DNA of 64,000 bases from Tepidiformaceae bacterium (GCA_035326025.1 DAOKYT010000001.1:8163-72162); one strand, 5' to 3'. Counted from the stretch's first letter, positions 1 to 15,887 are shown. Numbers and translations: made by a program. Notes: generated by a model from the letters alone, not told the origin.

Positions 1-53
1 GCCTCCGGCAGCGCCACGAGCGGTTCCGGTTGCTTTCTCCAACGATCCGCCGC

Positions 54-62
54 TGCTACAAT
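54..62 (+). promoter_or_regulatory. candidate extended -10 element upstream of rpsA
   Basis: String TGCTACAAT (TGnTAnAAT-like) lies about 80 nt upstream of the S1 start. No convincing -35. Sequence-only guess. Confidence 0.2.
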
Positions 63-140
63 CGATTTCGAGACCCCTCAATTCACCCCGGCCGCGTCCC
101 TATTCCCCAATAGGCCGTTTGGCCCCAGACGGAGCCGCAC

Positions 141-1724
141 TTGTCACCAGAAACCGCCCAGTCCACCCCCACCCAGCCCGAAGCGAACGACATGGTCATG
201 GACATGGGGGCACTCCTCGAAATGGAGGATGCCCAGCCAGGCCAACTTCGCCGTGGTGAGATCGTCGAGGGGATGGTCATGGGCGCTTCTCCCGATGGCC
301 TCATCGTCGACGTCGGCACCAAGACCGAGGCCGTCATCCCCCAGAACGAAATGCTCTCCCTCGGCGTCGATGGCGCGGCAAAGCTGAAGGCCGGCGACAC
401 CGTCAGGGTGATGGTCCTCCAGCCGTCGAGCTCCGAAGGCCACGCCATTGTCTCGCTCGACCGAGCCCGCGGCGAAGAGGGCTGGGACACGCTCGCCGCT
501 CGCCACGAAGCTGGAGAAATCTTCGAGGCCCAGGTCACCGGCCATAATCGTGGCGGCGTCCTGGTCAATGTCGATGGCGTCAATGCCTTTGTTCCCCTTT
601 CGCAAATCGATAGCGTCCGGCGCGATGACCCCGACGCGGCCAACCAGCTCGCGAACCTGGTCGGCAAGCCGATCAACTTGAAGGTCATTGAGCTCAACCG
701 GAAGCGCAACCGCGTGATCCTCTCCGAGCGCGCCGCCATGGCCGAGGTTCGCAAGGGTCAGAAGGAGCGAGTCCTCGAAGAGCTCGAGGAAGGCCAGATC
801 CGCACCGGCCGCGTCTCTTCCATCACCGACTTCGGCGTCTTCGTGGATCTCGGCGGGGCCGATGGCCTCGCCCACATGACAGAGCTCACCTGGGAGCGCG
901 GCAAGAAGGCCCGGGACCTCTTCAACGTCGGCGATGAAGTGCAGGCCTACATCCTCAAGATCGACCGCGAAACGAAGAAGATCTCGCTGTCGCTGAAGCG
1001 CGCCCAGCCCGAAAAGTGGGACACCACGGTCAACCGCTTCGTCGTCGGCCAGATTCTTATCGGCCGCGTCACCAAGCTCATGGCCTTTGGCGCCTTCGTT
1101 CGCCTCGATGGCCCCGTCGAAGGCCTCATCCACATCTCCGAGCTGTCCAACCGCCGCATCCAGCACCCCAAGGATGTGGTGAAGGAAGGTGACGTCGTGC
1201 CGGTGAAGCTCGTCCGCATCGAAAAGGACCGCCACCGCCTCGGCTTGAGCCTTCGCCAGGCCCGCAACGACGCCGAAGCGATGGGCTTCGTCTTCGATGC
1301 CAACGGCGCCGTGATCGACTACCCGGACGACGTCCGCGAGCAGTTCAACCTGCCCGCCCGTGATAAGTCGCTCGGGCCGGCACGTCGCGAACCGCGCACG
1401 GCCCAGGAGGCCATCGAGCAGGCCGTCTCGCGCGATGCGGAGCCGATCTCGGCCTTCGCGCATGCCTTCCAGCAAGCGCTCGAGAAGGAAGAGGGTGGCG
1501 GCGCCATCGCCGAGTCCCTCACACAGGCAGGGGCCGGCGCGGGGGAAAGCAAGGTAAATACCGACGCGACGCCAGCCGCCCCGGTGGTGGAAGATGGATC
1601 CGCGGAGCAACCAGAAACCGAATCGCCGAAGGCCGCTGCGGTCGCGGACGAACCCGGAGAACCCGCCGGGGACGTAGTACCTGCAGCAGAATCGACTGAG
1701 GAGGCACCTGCTGACGGCTCGTAG
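141..1724 (+). CDS. rpsA: 30S ribosomal protein S1
   Basis: 527-aa ORF with tandem S1/OB motifs (GEIVEGMVMG, GEIFEAQVTG, GQIRTGRVSSITDFGVFVDLG, GQILIGRVTKLMAFGAFVRL, GDVVPVKLVRIE). GGAG lies 6 nt before TTG 141; an alternative ATG is at 192. Pro/Ala/Glu-rich C-terminal tail. Confidence 0.88.
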   Translation: MSPETAQSTPTQPEANDMVMDMGALLEMEDAQPGQLRRGEIVEGMVMGASPDGLIVDVGTKTEAVIPQNEMLSLGVDGAAKLKAGDTVRVMVLQPSSSEGHAIVSLDRARGEEGWDTLAARHEAGEIFEAQVTGHNRGGVLVNVDGVNAFVPLSQIDSVRRDDPDAANQLANLVGKPINLKVIELNRKRNRVILSERAAMAEVRKGQKERVLEELEEGQIRTGRVSSITDFGVFVDLGGADGLAHMTELTWERGKKARDLFNVGDEVQAYILKIDRETKKISLSLKRAQPEKWDTTVNRFVVGQILIGRVTKLMAFGAFVRLDGPVEGLIHISELSNRRIQHPKDVVKEGDVVPVKLVRIEKDRHRLGLSLRQARNDAEAMGFVFDANGAVIDYPDDVREQFNLPARDKSLGPARREPRTAQEAIEQAVSRDAEPISAFAHAFQQALEKEEGGGAIAESLTQAGAGAGESKVNTDATPAAPVVEDGSAEQPETESPKAAAVADEPGEPAGDVVPAAESTEEAPADGS

Positions 1725-1762
1725 TCGTTCTTTGGGCGTACCCAGAGGGTTGGAGAAGGAAC

Positions 1763-4234
1763 ATGGCCGATAGGTTCGACAAGTTCACCGAGCGAGCACG
1801 CCGCGTGCTGACGCTCGCACAGGAAGAAGCGCATCGCTTCAACCATAACTATATCGGCACCGAGCACATCCTCCTCGGACTGGTGCGCGAAGGCGACGGC
1901 GTGGCCGCCAAGGTGCTCGCCAACCTCGGCGTCGAACTCAACAAGGTCCGCTCCGCCGTCGAGTTCATCATCGGCCGCGGCGATCGCACCGTCCTCGGCG
2001 AAATCGGCCTCACGCCCCGCGCCAAGAAGGTCATCGAGCTCGCCGTCGATGAGGCACGACGGCTCAATCACAGCTACATCGGCACCGAGCATCTGCTGCT
2101 TGGCCTGGTGCGCGAGGGCGAAGGCATCGCCGCGGGCGTGCTCGAAAGCCTCGGGGTCAACCTCGAGCGTGTTCGCGCCGAAACCACGCGCATCCTCAGC
2201 CAGTCGGCCCCCCAGGCCGCCAGCGCCGGCGCCGGCGCACGCCAGGCAACCCGCACACCGACCGTCGACCAGCTGGGTATCGACCTGACGGCCGCCGCCC
2301 GCAATGGCCAGCTCGACCCGGTCATCGGCCGCTCCAACGAGCTGGAACGTGTCGTCCAGATCCTTTCGCGCCGCACCAAGAACAATCCCGTGCTCATCGG
2401 CGAGCCCGGTGTTGGGAAGACGGCCATCGCCGAGCTCCTGGCTCAGCGCATCGTCTCTGGCGACGTACCCGAGACGCTGCAGGGCAAGCGCCTCCTCACC
2501 CTCGATATCGGCTCGCTCGTTGCGGGCACCAAATACCGCGGCGAATTCGAGGAGCGCCTGAAGAAGGTCATCGAGGAGATCAAGGGCTCCGGCAACTGCA
2601 TCCTCTTCATCGATGAGCTGCACATGCTCGTTGGCGCGGGGGCGGCCGAAGGCGCGGTCGACGCGGCAAACATCCTGAAGCCCTCGCTTGCCCGCGGCGA
2701 GCTGCAGTGCATCGGCGCCACCACCCTTGACGAGTATCGCAAGCACATCGAGCGCGACGCCGCGCTCGAACGCCGCTTCCAGCCGGTCATGGTCGAACAA
2801 CCCACGGTCGAAGAGACCATCGAGATCCTCAGGGGCATCCGGCCGCGCTACGAAGAGCACCACAAGCTCAAGATCAGCGATGCCGCTCTCACCAGCGCCG
2901 CCGAACTCTCGGCCCGCTACGTCAGCGACCGCTTCCTTCCCGACAAGGCGATCGACCTCATCGATGAGGCCGCGAGCCGCGTCCGCATCCGGCGCGCCGC
3001 CACCCCGCCATCCCTCAAGGAAGCCATGAAGGGGCTCGAAAGCCTCCGCCGCGAGAAGGACCAGGCCATCTCGTCGCAGCAGTACGAGTACGCCGCCGAA
3101 CTGCGCGACCGCGAGCTCAAGCTCCAGGACAAGATCAAGGAGATGGGCGAGTGGGAGGAAGGCGAGGAAGGCATCGCCACCCCCGTCGTCACCGAGGAAG
3201 ATGTCTCCGAGGTCGTCTCCATGTGGACCGGCATCCCGGTCGCCCGCATCGCGAGCGAGGAAAGTGCCCGCCTGCTCAGAATGGAAGAGCAGCTCCGGGG
3301 ACGCGTCATCGGCCAGGACGAAGCAATCGAGACCATCGCCCGCGCCGTCCGCCGCGCCCGCGCCGGCCTCAAGGACCCGCGCCGCCCGATTGGTGTGTTC
3401 CTCTTCTGTGGCCCCACAGGCGTTGGCAAGACCGAGCTCGCCCGGGCGCTCGCCGAGTTCATGTTCGACTCGCAGGACAACATGATTAAGCTCGACATGA
3501 GCGAATTCAGCGAGAAGCACACCGTCTCCCGGCTCGTCGGGGCCCCTCCGGGCTACGTCGGTTACGACGACGGCGGCCAGCTCACCGACACCGTCCGGCG
3601 CAAGTCCTACTGCCTCATCCTCCTCGACGAGATCGAGAAGGCGCACCCGGAAGTCTTCAACCTGCTCCTCCAGATCTTCGACGAAGGCCGCCTGGCCGAC
3701 GCGAAGGGCCGCAAGGTTGATTTCCGCAACACCATCATCATCATGACCTCCAACGTGGGGTCCGACCTCATCAAGAAAGACTCGGGCCTTGGCTTCTCAA
3801 CCACCACGGAGGAAGTCAAGACATTCGAAGACCGCTACCAGCGCATGAAGGACAAGGTGCTCACCGAGCTGAAGAACGTCTTCAAGCCGGAGTTCCTGAA
3901 CCGCATCGATAGCACGGTCGTCTTCCGCTCGCTCTCGCGTGAGGATATTCGCCGGATCGTCGATAACGAGCTGCGCAAGGTGGAAAAGACCCTCCTCCAG
4001 AAGGGCATCCGCCTCGAAGTCACCGATGCCGGCAAGGACTGGCTGGGCGAAAAGGGCTACGACCCGGCGTTCGGCGCCCGCCCGTTGCGCCGCGTCATCC
4101 AGGACAACATCGAAGACAAGCTCAGCGAAATGTTGCTTTCAGGCGAATTCGGCCAGGGCGACCTCGTCAAGGTCGACGCGGCCGATGGCGGCCTGAAGAT
4201 CGAACCCGTGCGCGAGCCGGCGGCAGTCGGCTAG
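1763..4234 (+). CDS. clpC: ATP-dependent Clp protease ATP-binding subunit ClpC
   Basis: 823 aa. Duplicated Clp-N repeat ([16 protein letters not shown].., [16 protein letters not shown]..), two AAA+ modules with Walker A motifs GEPGVGKT and GPTGVGKT, and a UVR-like linker. GGAGAAGGA RBS. Confidence 0.93.
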   Translation: MADRFDKFTERARRVLTLAQEEAHRFNHNYIGTEHILLGLVREGDGVAAKVLANLGVELNKVRSAVEFIIGRGDRTVLGEIGLTPRAKKVIELAVDEARRLNHSYIGTEHLLLGLVREGEGIAAGVLESLGVNLERVRAETTRILSQSAPQAASAGAGARQATRTPTVDQLGIDLTAAARNGQLDPVIGRSNELERVVQILSRRTKNNPVLIGEPGVGKTAIAELLAQRIVSGDVPETLQGKRLLTLDIGSLVAGTKYRGEFEERLKKVIEEIKGSGNCILFIDELHMLVGAGAAEGAVDAANILKPSLARGELQCIGATTLDEYRKHIERDAALERRFQPVMVEQPTVEETIEILRGIRPRYEEHHKLKISDAALTSAAELSARYVSDRFLPDKAIDLIDEAASRVRIRRAATPPSLKEAMKGLESLRREKDQAISSQQYEYAAELRDRELKLQDKIKEMGEWEEGEEGIATPVVTEEDVSEVVSMWTGIPVARIASEESARLLRMEEQLRGRVIGQDEAIETIARAVRRARAGLKDPRRPIGVFLFCGPTGVGKTELARALAEFMFDSQDNMIKLDMSEFSEKHTVSRLVGAPPGYVGYDDGGQLTDTVRRKSYCLILLDEIEKAHPEVFNLLLQIFDEGRLADAKGRKVDFRNTIIIMTSNVGSDLIKKDSGLGFSTTTEEVKTFEDRYQRMKDKVLTELKNVFKPEFLNRIDSTVVFRSLSREDIRRIVDNELRKVEKTLLQKGIRLEVTDAGKDWLGEKGYDPAFGARPLRRVIQDNIEDKLSEMLLSGEFGQGDLVKVDAADGGLKIEPVREPAAVG

Positions 4235-4260
4235 GCGGCGGGCAGCCTGGTCAGACGATC

Positions 4261-4290
4261 GGGGGCGCCAGATGGCGCCCCCGTTTCCGT
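4261..4290 (+). terminator. intrinsic terminator after clpC
   Basis: Hairpin GGGGGCGCC-agat-GGCGCCCCC followed by GTTTCCGTTT, 27 nt after the clpC stop. Confidence 0.7.
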
Positions 4291-4577
4291 TTCCCTTTCA
4301 TCATGAATGCCCGTTCCCGGCCAAACTACTAGACAAAACGCCGCGCACGCGGCATCCTCTGTGCGTCTGAACGCTACGTAGGCCCCTGCAGGGACGGTTC
4401 CGCTGTGGGTAGGGGCTCTGTTTCCGCCGAAACCCTCGGCCATTGACGCCGCAGCGCCTCTTTGGGTACGCTGTTAGGCGGCTCGCTATGCCCATCGTTT
4501 CCCCAAGCATCGTTGGCCCACGGCAGATTGCTTCTCTGCGCCATTCGCCCCATTAGTCCTGAAGGAGTTGCCACAGG

Positions 4578-7500
4578 ATGACCACTACGCGTGACGTGGT
4601 GCGAGCGGGGGCTTTTTCCCCGCTCGAAGTCAAGACCTACGGACAGATCCCCAACGTCCTCGACCTCCCCAACCTCATCAAAATCCAGATCGATGCCTTC
4701 GACTGGTTCAAGCGGGAAGGTCTTCGGGAACTCCTCAATGAGATATCCCCCATCCAGGACTTCACCGGCTCGAAGATGGACCTCATCTTCGGCGACTACG
4801 AGTTCCGCGAGCCCAAGCACCCCATGGACGAATGCCGCGAGCGCGACCTCACCTACGCGGCCCCGCTGTTCGTCGATGTCGAGCTCCGCATTAAGGACTC
4901 CGGCGAAATCAAGGAACAGCGCCTCTTCTTCGGCGACTTCCCCCTGATGACCGACCGCGGCACGTTCATTATCAACGGCGCCGAGCGCGTCGTGGTCAGC
5001 CAGCTCGTGCGCTCACCCGGCGTGTACTACACCATCGAAACCGACGCAGCCACGGGCAAGCGCCTCTGCCACGCAAAGCTCATCCCCAACCGCGGCGCCT
5101 GGCTCGAATTCGAAACCTCGAACCGCGATGTGCTCTATGTGAAGGTCGACCGCAAGCGGAAGATCCCCGTAACCACGCTCATCCGGGCAATCGATGTCCC
5201 GGGCCTGCTCCCCGGCGACAAGGACAACGGCCGCTTCGCCAAGTACTGGGCCGCGCTTGAATCGGGCGAAGACCGCGCCCGCGACGCCGCGCTGCGCGAA
5301 CTCGAAACCGAGCTTGGCACCGATGAGCGCCTGCTCGCGATGTTCGAGGCCGTCGACACCAGCGACATTCACCAGTTCGTGCCCACCACGATTTCGAAGG
5401 AACCCCGCGAACCCGTCGTGAAGGATAAGCACGATGCGCTCCTCGAGTTCTACCGCAAGATCCGCCCGGGCGACCCCCCGACCCACGACAACGCGCGAAA
5501 CCTCCTGAAGACCCTCTTCTTCGAGCCGCGCCGTTACGACCTGGGCCGCGTGGGCCGGCATAAGCTCAACACCCGTCTCGAACTCGGCGACCCCACCCAG
5601 CAGCGCTGGCTCCGGCCATACGACCTGGTCAGCATCGTCCGCGAGCAGATCAACATCAACAACGGCCGCGGCCATGGGGACGATATCGACCCCCTCGGCA
5701 ACCGCCGCGTGCGTGCCGTCGGCGAGTTGATCCAGCAGCAGTTCCGCGTGGGCCTCCTGCGCATGGAGCGTGTTGTCCGCGAGCGCATGACCATCACCGA
5801 CCCGGAAGAGGCAACGCCCAGCGCCCTCATCAACATCCGGCCCGTCGTCGCCGCTATGAAGGAGTTCTTCGGCGGAAGCCAGCTCTCCCAGTTCATGGAC
5901 CAGACGAATCCGCTCTCGGAGCTGAACCACAAGCGGCGTCTGAGCGCGCTCGGCCCCGGGGGCCTCTCCCGTGACCGCGCAGGCTTCGATGTGCGCGACG
6001 TCCACCACAGCCACTACGGCCGCATCTGCCCCATCGAGACCCCCGAAGGCCCGAACATCGGCCTCATCGGATCGCTCGCAACCTACGCCCGCCTCAACGA
6101 ATTCGGCTTCATCGAGACGCCCTACCGCCGCGTTGTCCGCGAGATGGTCTCCACTGACCCGAACCTCGTGGGCCGCTTCCTCCGCCAGGATGCCCTCGAC
6201 GACAATGGCAACCTGATTGGCAAGGCCGGTGACCGCATCGACGAGGCGCTCGCCAGGAAGCTCGCCGCTGCCGGCCGCACCGTCGCCATTCGGCCCTGGG
6301 TCACGAACGAAATCGTCTACCTGACCGCTGACCAGGAGGATAAGTGGAAGGTCGGCCAGGCGAACACGGTGCTCGACGAGGACGGGCACTTCGTCAGCGA
6401 GCGCGTCGAAATCCGTATCTACGAGAAGTTCCAGACCGTCCACCCGGAAGAAGTCGACTTTATCGATGTCTCGCCGAAGCAGATGGTCTCGGTGGCCACG
6501 GCGCTCATCCCCTTCCTCGAACACGATGATGCGAACCGTGCGCTCATGGGCGCCAACATGCAGCGCCAGGCCGTGCCCCTGGTGCGCCCCGAAGTACCGC
6601 TCGTCGGCACCGGCATGGAACGCCGCACCGCCGTCGATAGCGGCCATGTCAAGACCGCCGCCGGCGACGGCGAGGTTATCGAGGCCTCCGGCAACCGCAT
6701 CCGCATCCGCTACGACGACCCGGACCTGGGCGAGGTGACCTACCCCTTGACCAAGTTCACCCGGTCCAACCAGGGTACCTGCCTGAACCACCGGCCGATC
6801 GTCGTCCGCGGCCAGCGCGTGACGAAGGACCAGCCCATCGCCGATAGCTCGAGCACCCAGGGCGGCGACCTCGCACTCGGTCAGAACGTCCTCGTCGCCT
6901 TCATGAGCTGGGAAGGCTACAACTTCGAGGATGCGATCATCATCTCGCAGAACCTGATCCGCGAGGACAAGTTCACCTCCATCCACATCGAGAAGCACGA
7001 GGTGGAGGCCCGCCAGACCAAGCTCGGCGACGAGGAAATCACCCGCGACATCCCGAACGTCGGCGAGGAAAGCCTGAGCCAGCTCGACGAGGATGGCATC
7101 ATCCGTATCGGCGCCGAAGTCCGCGAGGGCGACATCCTCGTGGGCAAGATCACCCCAAAGGGCGAGACCGAGCTCACGGCCGAGGAGAAGCTCCTCCGCG
7201 CCATCTTTGGTGAGAAGGCTCGCGAAGTGAAGGACACGAGCCTGCGCGTGCCACACGGCGAACGGGGCAAGGTCATCGATGTAAAAGTCTTCGACCGGAA
7301 CAACCACGAGGGCCTGCCGGCAGGCGTGAACAAGCTCGTCCGCGTGAGCATCGCCCAGCGGCGGAAGCTCTCCGAGGGCGACAAGATGGCCGGCCGCCAC
7401 GGGAACAAGGGCGTCATCAGCCGGATTCTCCCGCGCGAAGACATGCCCTACCTCGAGGACGGGACGCCGATCGACATCATCCTGAACCCGATCGGCGTGC

Positions 7501-8421
7501 CCAGCCGCATGAACATCGGCCAGGTGCTCGAGACGCACCTCGGCTGGGCGGCGAATGTCCTCGGTTTCCGCGCCATCACACCGGTGTTCGATGGCGCCCG
7601 CGACCACGAGATCGACGATGCGCTCGCCCGGGCGTGGATGGCCCAGGAATCGGGCGCTGTCTACTACGTTGACCCGCGCGACCGGGGCTTCGACATTGCC
7701 GTGTGCGATGCATGGCTGCATGAACACGGCTATGACCCGGCGCCAATTCTGCACCAGCCGGAGGATGGGGCCGCCAGCCGCGCCTGCCTCGAGATCTGGC
7801 TCAACGAAAAGCGGGCCGCCGATGGCCAACCCGCACTCCCCCGGGGCAAGCACAGCCGCGAGGAACTGGAGTCGATGGCCCAGGCCGTTTACCGCGAGAC
7901 CAACGTGCCACCACCACTCTTCGGCAAGATGAAGCTGCGCGACGGCCGTACCGGGGAGCCGTTCGATCAGCCACTCACCGTCGGCTACATCTACATGCTC
8001 AAACTCATCCACCTGGTCGAGGACAAGATTCACGCCCGCAGCACCGGCCCCTACAGCCTCATCACCCAGCAGCCGCTCGGTGGCAAGGCGCAGTTCGGTG
8101 GCCAGCGCTTTGGTGAGATGGAAGTGTGGGCGCTCGAGGCCTATGGCGCCGCCCACATCCTCCAGGAGCTGCTGACGGTGAAGTCCGACGACGTGGTCGG
8201 GCGCGTCAAGACCTACGAAGCCATCGTCAAGGGCGAGGACGTCCTCGAACCGGGCGTGCCCGAATCGTTCAAGGTGCTCGTCAAGGAGCTCCAGAGCCTC
8301 GGCCTTTCGGTCGAGGTCTCGAACGACGAAGGCGGCAGTGTCTCGTTTATCGAAGACACAACGAGCGACATGCCGGAACTGGGGATCAACCTTTCCGGTT
8401 TCGAAGCGGAGGACCTGTTCA

Positions 8422-8438
<17 letters not shown>
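4578..8438 (+). CDS. rpoB: DNA-directed RNA polymerase subunit beta
   Basis: 1286 aa with conserved beta motifs ([87 protein letters not shown]). GAAGGAG RBS. Confidence 0.97.
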
Positions 8439-12870
<4,432 letters not shown>

Positions 12871-12894
12871 CGGTCGTCGCCTGCACCCAACGAA

Positions 12895-12929
12895 AACGGG
12901 CCTCCCGAAAGGGAGGCCCGTTCGTTCTT
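12895..12929 (+). terminator. intrinsic terminator after rpoC
   Basis: Hairpin AACGGGCCTCCC-gaaa-GGGAGGCCCGTT followed by CGTTCTTG, 25 nt after the rpoC stop. Confidence 0.75.
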
Positions 12930-12951
12930 GTCACCCACAGGTCGCGCTGGC

Positions 12952-13947
12952 TCACGCAGCCGTTCGCACAAGCGCGACGGCGGTGCCGAGCCGTTCCGCA
13001 AGGGCCTCCGCGGTCTCGCTGATTCGGTGCCCGGTGACCAGGCCGCGCGCCTCGTAACCCGCCTTGCGGAGAATCGCGGCCCGGGTCGCGGCGCGTTCGA
13101 CACTTTCGGTGTTAACGGTGTGCGAGACCTCGACCGCGAAGAAGAGTTCGCGGGCGGTGTCGCGATCCCGGCCCTGCACCAGGAAGTCCAGCGCGGCAAT
13201 CTGCCGGACCTCGTCCTCGGTCACGAGCCCGCCCGCCAGCGCCTCGTCGAGCAGGGCCAGGTCGTCCACCAGCACTTTTCGCGGCCTCCGTGCCCATTCG
13301 CGCAGCCAGTTGCCCAGGTTGCGTTCGAACCTGGCCTCCAGGAGATCGCCGCGGATGTTCGCAAGTTCGCCGTCGACGCGATCCTGCCGCTCCACCATGG
13401 CACGTACCGCGGACGTGAGCTGATCCACCTGCTCGGCCAGCTGGTCGACGCGCCCGGTGAGCTGGTCCATCCGCACGGCCAGCTGATCGACGCGCCCGGT
13501 GAGCTGGTCCATGCGCTTGGCCAGCTGGTCGACGCGCTCGGTGAGCTGGTCCACCCGCACGGTGAGCTGCTCCATCCGCACGGCCAGCTGGTCGACGCGC
13601 TCGGTGAGCTGGTCCATCCGCTCGGCCAACTGATCGACGCGCCCGGTGAGCTGCTCCATCCGCACGGCCAGCTGGTCCATCCGCACGGCCAACTGGTCGA
13701 CGCGCTCGGTGAGCTGGTCGACGCGCCCGGTGAGCTGGTCCATCCGCACGGCCAGTTGCCCCATGCGCTCGCCGACCTGCTCCAATCGGTCCGCAACTCG
13801 GCCGAGCGTGCCCTCGACCCTGTCCATCCGCGAAGGGATCTCAAGGACTTGCTCCCCGAGAATCAGGGGCCGCAACTGGGCCCGCCACTCCGGGTGCTCG
13901 GAGAGGAGCCGCACAAGGTCTGTGAAGTCCGTCAGGGTGAATGCCAC
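12952..13947 (-). CDS. heptad-repeat (coiled-coil) protein with a nuclease-like C-terminal domain; function unknown
   Basis: 331 aa. N-terminus MAFTLTDFTDLVRLLSEHPEWRAQLRPL, then about 24 consecutive heptads of type R-[VM]-[DE]-Q-L-[TA]-x, then a C-terminal about 120 aa containing ..LDFLVQGRDRD..ELFFAVEVSH..VERAATRAAILRKAG. Lies 32 nt downstream of the radical-SAM gene on the same strand. Confidence 0.7.
   Translation of the reverse strand: MAFTLTDFTDLVRLLSEHPEWRAQLRPLILGEQVLEIPSRMDRVEGTLGRVADRLEQVGERMGQLAVRMDQLTGRVDQLTERVDQLAVRMDQLAVRMEQLTGRVDQLAERMDQLTERVDQLAVRMEQLTVRVDQLTERVDQLAKRMDQLTGRVDQLAVRMDQLTGRVDQLAEQVDQLTSAVRAMVERQDRVDGELANIRGDLLEARFERNLGNWLREWARRPRKVLVDDLALLDEALAGGLVTEDEVRQIAALDFLVQGRDRDTARELFFAVEVSHTVNTESVERAATRAAILRKAGYEARGLVTGHRISETAEALAERLGTAVALVRTAA
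13411..13767 (-). repeat. tandem 21-nt repeat array (about 17 near-identical units), in frame within the CDS
   Basis: On the + strand the unit reads (G/C)AGCTG(G/A)TC(G/C)A(C/T)(G/C)CGC(N)CGG(T/C), repeated head to tail. Degenerate copies extend the array to about 13327-13830. Confidence 0.9.
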
Positions 13948-13979
13948 GCGCGTAGTATAGCCGCCATCTGGCGTGGGCC

Positions 13980-15887
13980 TTACACCAGTTCCAGCGCCTC
14001 ACCCTCGTAGGTCCGCGCCCCGCGCCGCATTTCCACCAGCTTGCCCAGCTTCACCACGCAGTCCGCCACCCCCGGGGTCCCGCTCAGCGTGTCGAAGTTC
14101 TGCATGCCGCAGACGTTGCACGTGCCGTGGTGGCAGTCGGCCACCGTCCCGGACGACTGGACGTCCCGCCATTGGCCCCGCAGGTAGCTCTTCGTCACGC
14201 CGCAATCGATGTGGTCCCACGGCAAGGGCTCCCGCGTGTCCCACTCCCGGTGGGCGAACCATTCGGCATCGACTCCGGTGACGGCGAATGCCTCGCGCCA
14301 GTACTCCGCGCGGAAGTACTCGCCCCAGGCATCGAACTTCGCGCCCCGCCGCCACGCCTCGTAGATTGCTGCCCCGACGCGCCGGTCGCCCCGGCTCAGC
14401 ACGGCTTCGATGAAGCTATCGCGCGGGTCGTTCCAGCTGAACTCCACGCCCGCGGCGCGGCAACCGTCCTTCAGCAGGAAGTGCTTCGGATCGAGCTCGC
14501 CGGCGGTGTCCTGGCGGGCCCACTGGAAGGGCGTGTGGGGCTTCGGAACCAGGTTGCTCGTGCTCACGCGCACCTTCGCCCGGCCCCCGGCGTACTTCTT
14601 CCCTATCGCCTTCACCTTTGTGCCCATTTCCACGATCCCGGCGACATCTTCCATGGTCTCCGTGGGCAGGCCGACCATGAAGTACATCTTGACCCCCGTC
14701 CACCCCCGCTGGAACGCGTTCTCCGCCGCCCCGAGCAGGTCCTCCTCGCTCACCAGCTTGTTGATGGCGTTGCGAAGCCGCTGGCTCCCGGCCTCGGGCG
14801 CAAGCGTGAGGGTGTGCTTCTTGCCCCTGGCGACCGCATTCGCCACCTCCACCGAAAAGCTATCGACGCGCGTGCTCGGGATGCCGACTTTCAAGTTCTC
14901 GAACGTGCTGGTGAGCTGATTCACCATGGGCACGATCTCGCTGTGGTCGGTGGTGCTCAACGAAAGCAGTGAGAGTTCGTCGTACCCGGTGTTGGCCATC
15001 AGGTCACGCGCCGCCTGGACGACTTCTTCCGGGCTTCGTTCGCGCGCCGGGCGGTAGATCATGCCTGCCTGGCAGAACCGGCACCCCTGGGTGCAACCAC
15101 GCTGTATCTCCACGGCCGCCCGGTCGTGGATGGTCTGCAGAAACGGCACGATCGGCCGCACGAGCGCCGGTGGAAGCTGCTCCACAATCCGCCGGCGGAT
15201 GACGCGCGGCGCCTCGGGCACGATTGGCTCCAGCGCGGCGAAGTGCCCGGCATCGTCGTAGCGGGCCTCATAGAACGAGGGGACGTATACCCCTGGCATC
15301 GAGAGGAGGTCGCGCAGCCGCTCCGCCCGCGGGGTGCCCTGGCGCTTCCACTCCCGCACCCGGCCGGCCAGCTCCACGACAGCATCTTCGCCTTCGCCGA
15401 GGAAGAATGCGTCCACGAACGGCGAAAGCGGCTCCGGGTTGAACGCCCCACTCCCGCCACAGATCACTATCGGATGGTCGCCGGTGCGCTCCCGCGCCCA
15501 GATGGGTATGCCGGCCAGGTCGAGCATGTTCAGGACGTTCGTGTAGGTCATCTCGTACTGGAGCGTGAACCCCAGCACGTCGAAGTCGCGGATGGGATTG
15601 CGCGTCTCCAGGCTCCAGAGCGGGACGCCGGCCGTGCGCATCTCCGCTTCCATGTCCTCCCACGGTGCGAACACCCGCTCACAGGCAACGTCGTCGATCC
15701 GGTTCAGGATGTCGTACAGGATGCCCAGGCCCATGTTCGACATGCCGATGTCGTAGGCATCGGGGTAGGCGAGCGCGATGCGCACCGTCGTGGCGCGCCA
15801 GTCCTTTGTCACGCTGTTCCACTCGCCGCCGGTATACCGGGCGGGTTTGGACACGCGCGTCAGCAGCTGGTCAATCGAGGTAGTCAT
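13980..15887 (-). CDS. B12-binding-domain radical SAM protein (TIGR03960-like)
   Basis: Start trimmed to MTTSIDQLL, where AGGAGG lies 7 nt upstream of ATG 15887. N-terminus SKPARYTGGEWNS is typical of the family. Radical-SAM cluster motif CTQGCRFCQAG. Confidence 0.85.
   Translation of the reverse strand: MTTSIDQLLTRVSKPARYTGGEWNSVTKDWRATTVRIALAYPDAYDIGMSNMGLGILYDILNRIDDVACERVFAPWEDMEAEMRTAGVPLWSLETRNPIRDFDVLGFTLQYEMTYTNVLNMLDLAGIPIWARERTGDHPIVICGGSGAFNPEPLSPFVDAFFLGEGEDAVVELAGRVREWKRQGTPRAERLRDLLSMPGVYVPSFYEARYDDAGHFAALEPIVPEAPRVIRRRIVEQLPPALVRPIVPFLQTIHDRAAVEIQRGCTQGCRFCQAGMIYRPARERSPEEVVQAARDLMANTGYDELSLLSLSTTDHSEIVPMVNQLTSTFENLKVGIPSTRVDSFSVEVANAVARGKKHTLTLAPEAGSQRLRNAINKLVSEEDLLGAAENAFQRGWTGVKMYFMVGLPTETMEDVAGIVEMGTKVKAIGKKYAGGRAKVRVSTSNLVPKPHTPFQWARQDTAGELDPKHFLLKDGCRAAGVEFSWNDPRDSFIEAVLSRGDRRVGAAIYEAWRRGAKFDAWGEYFRAEYWREAFAVTGVDAEWFAHREWDTREPLPWDHIDCGVTKSYLRGQWRDVQSSGTVADCHHGTCNVCGMQNFDTLSGTPGVADCVVKLGKLVEMRRGARTYEGEALELV

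Noticed and set aside
13411-13767. Possible CRISPR array, given the regular short repeats.
   Set aside because: The units are contiguous 21-mers with no spacers. They are in frame within an ORF and encode a regular heptad. No cas genes or leader are present.
12928-14010. 360-aa plus-strand ORF mirroring the heptad-repeat gene.
   Set aside because: It is the antisense reading of the same 21-nt repeats (..GELVHPHGQLVDALGELVH..). It lacks any flanking domain logic and would run through the rpoC terminator region. The minus-strand frame has coherent N- and C-terminal domains and a heptad a/d pattern.
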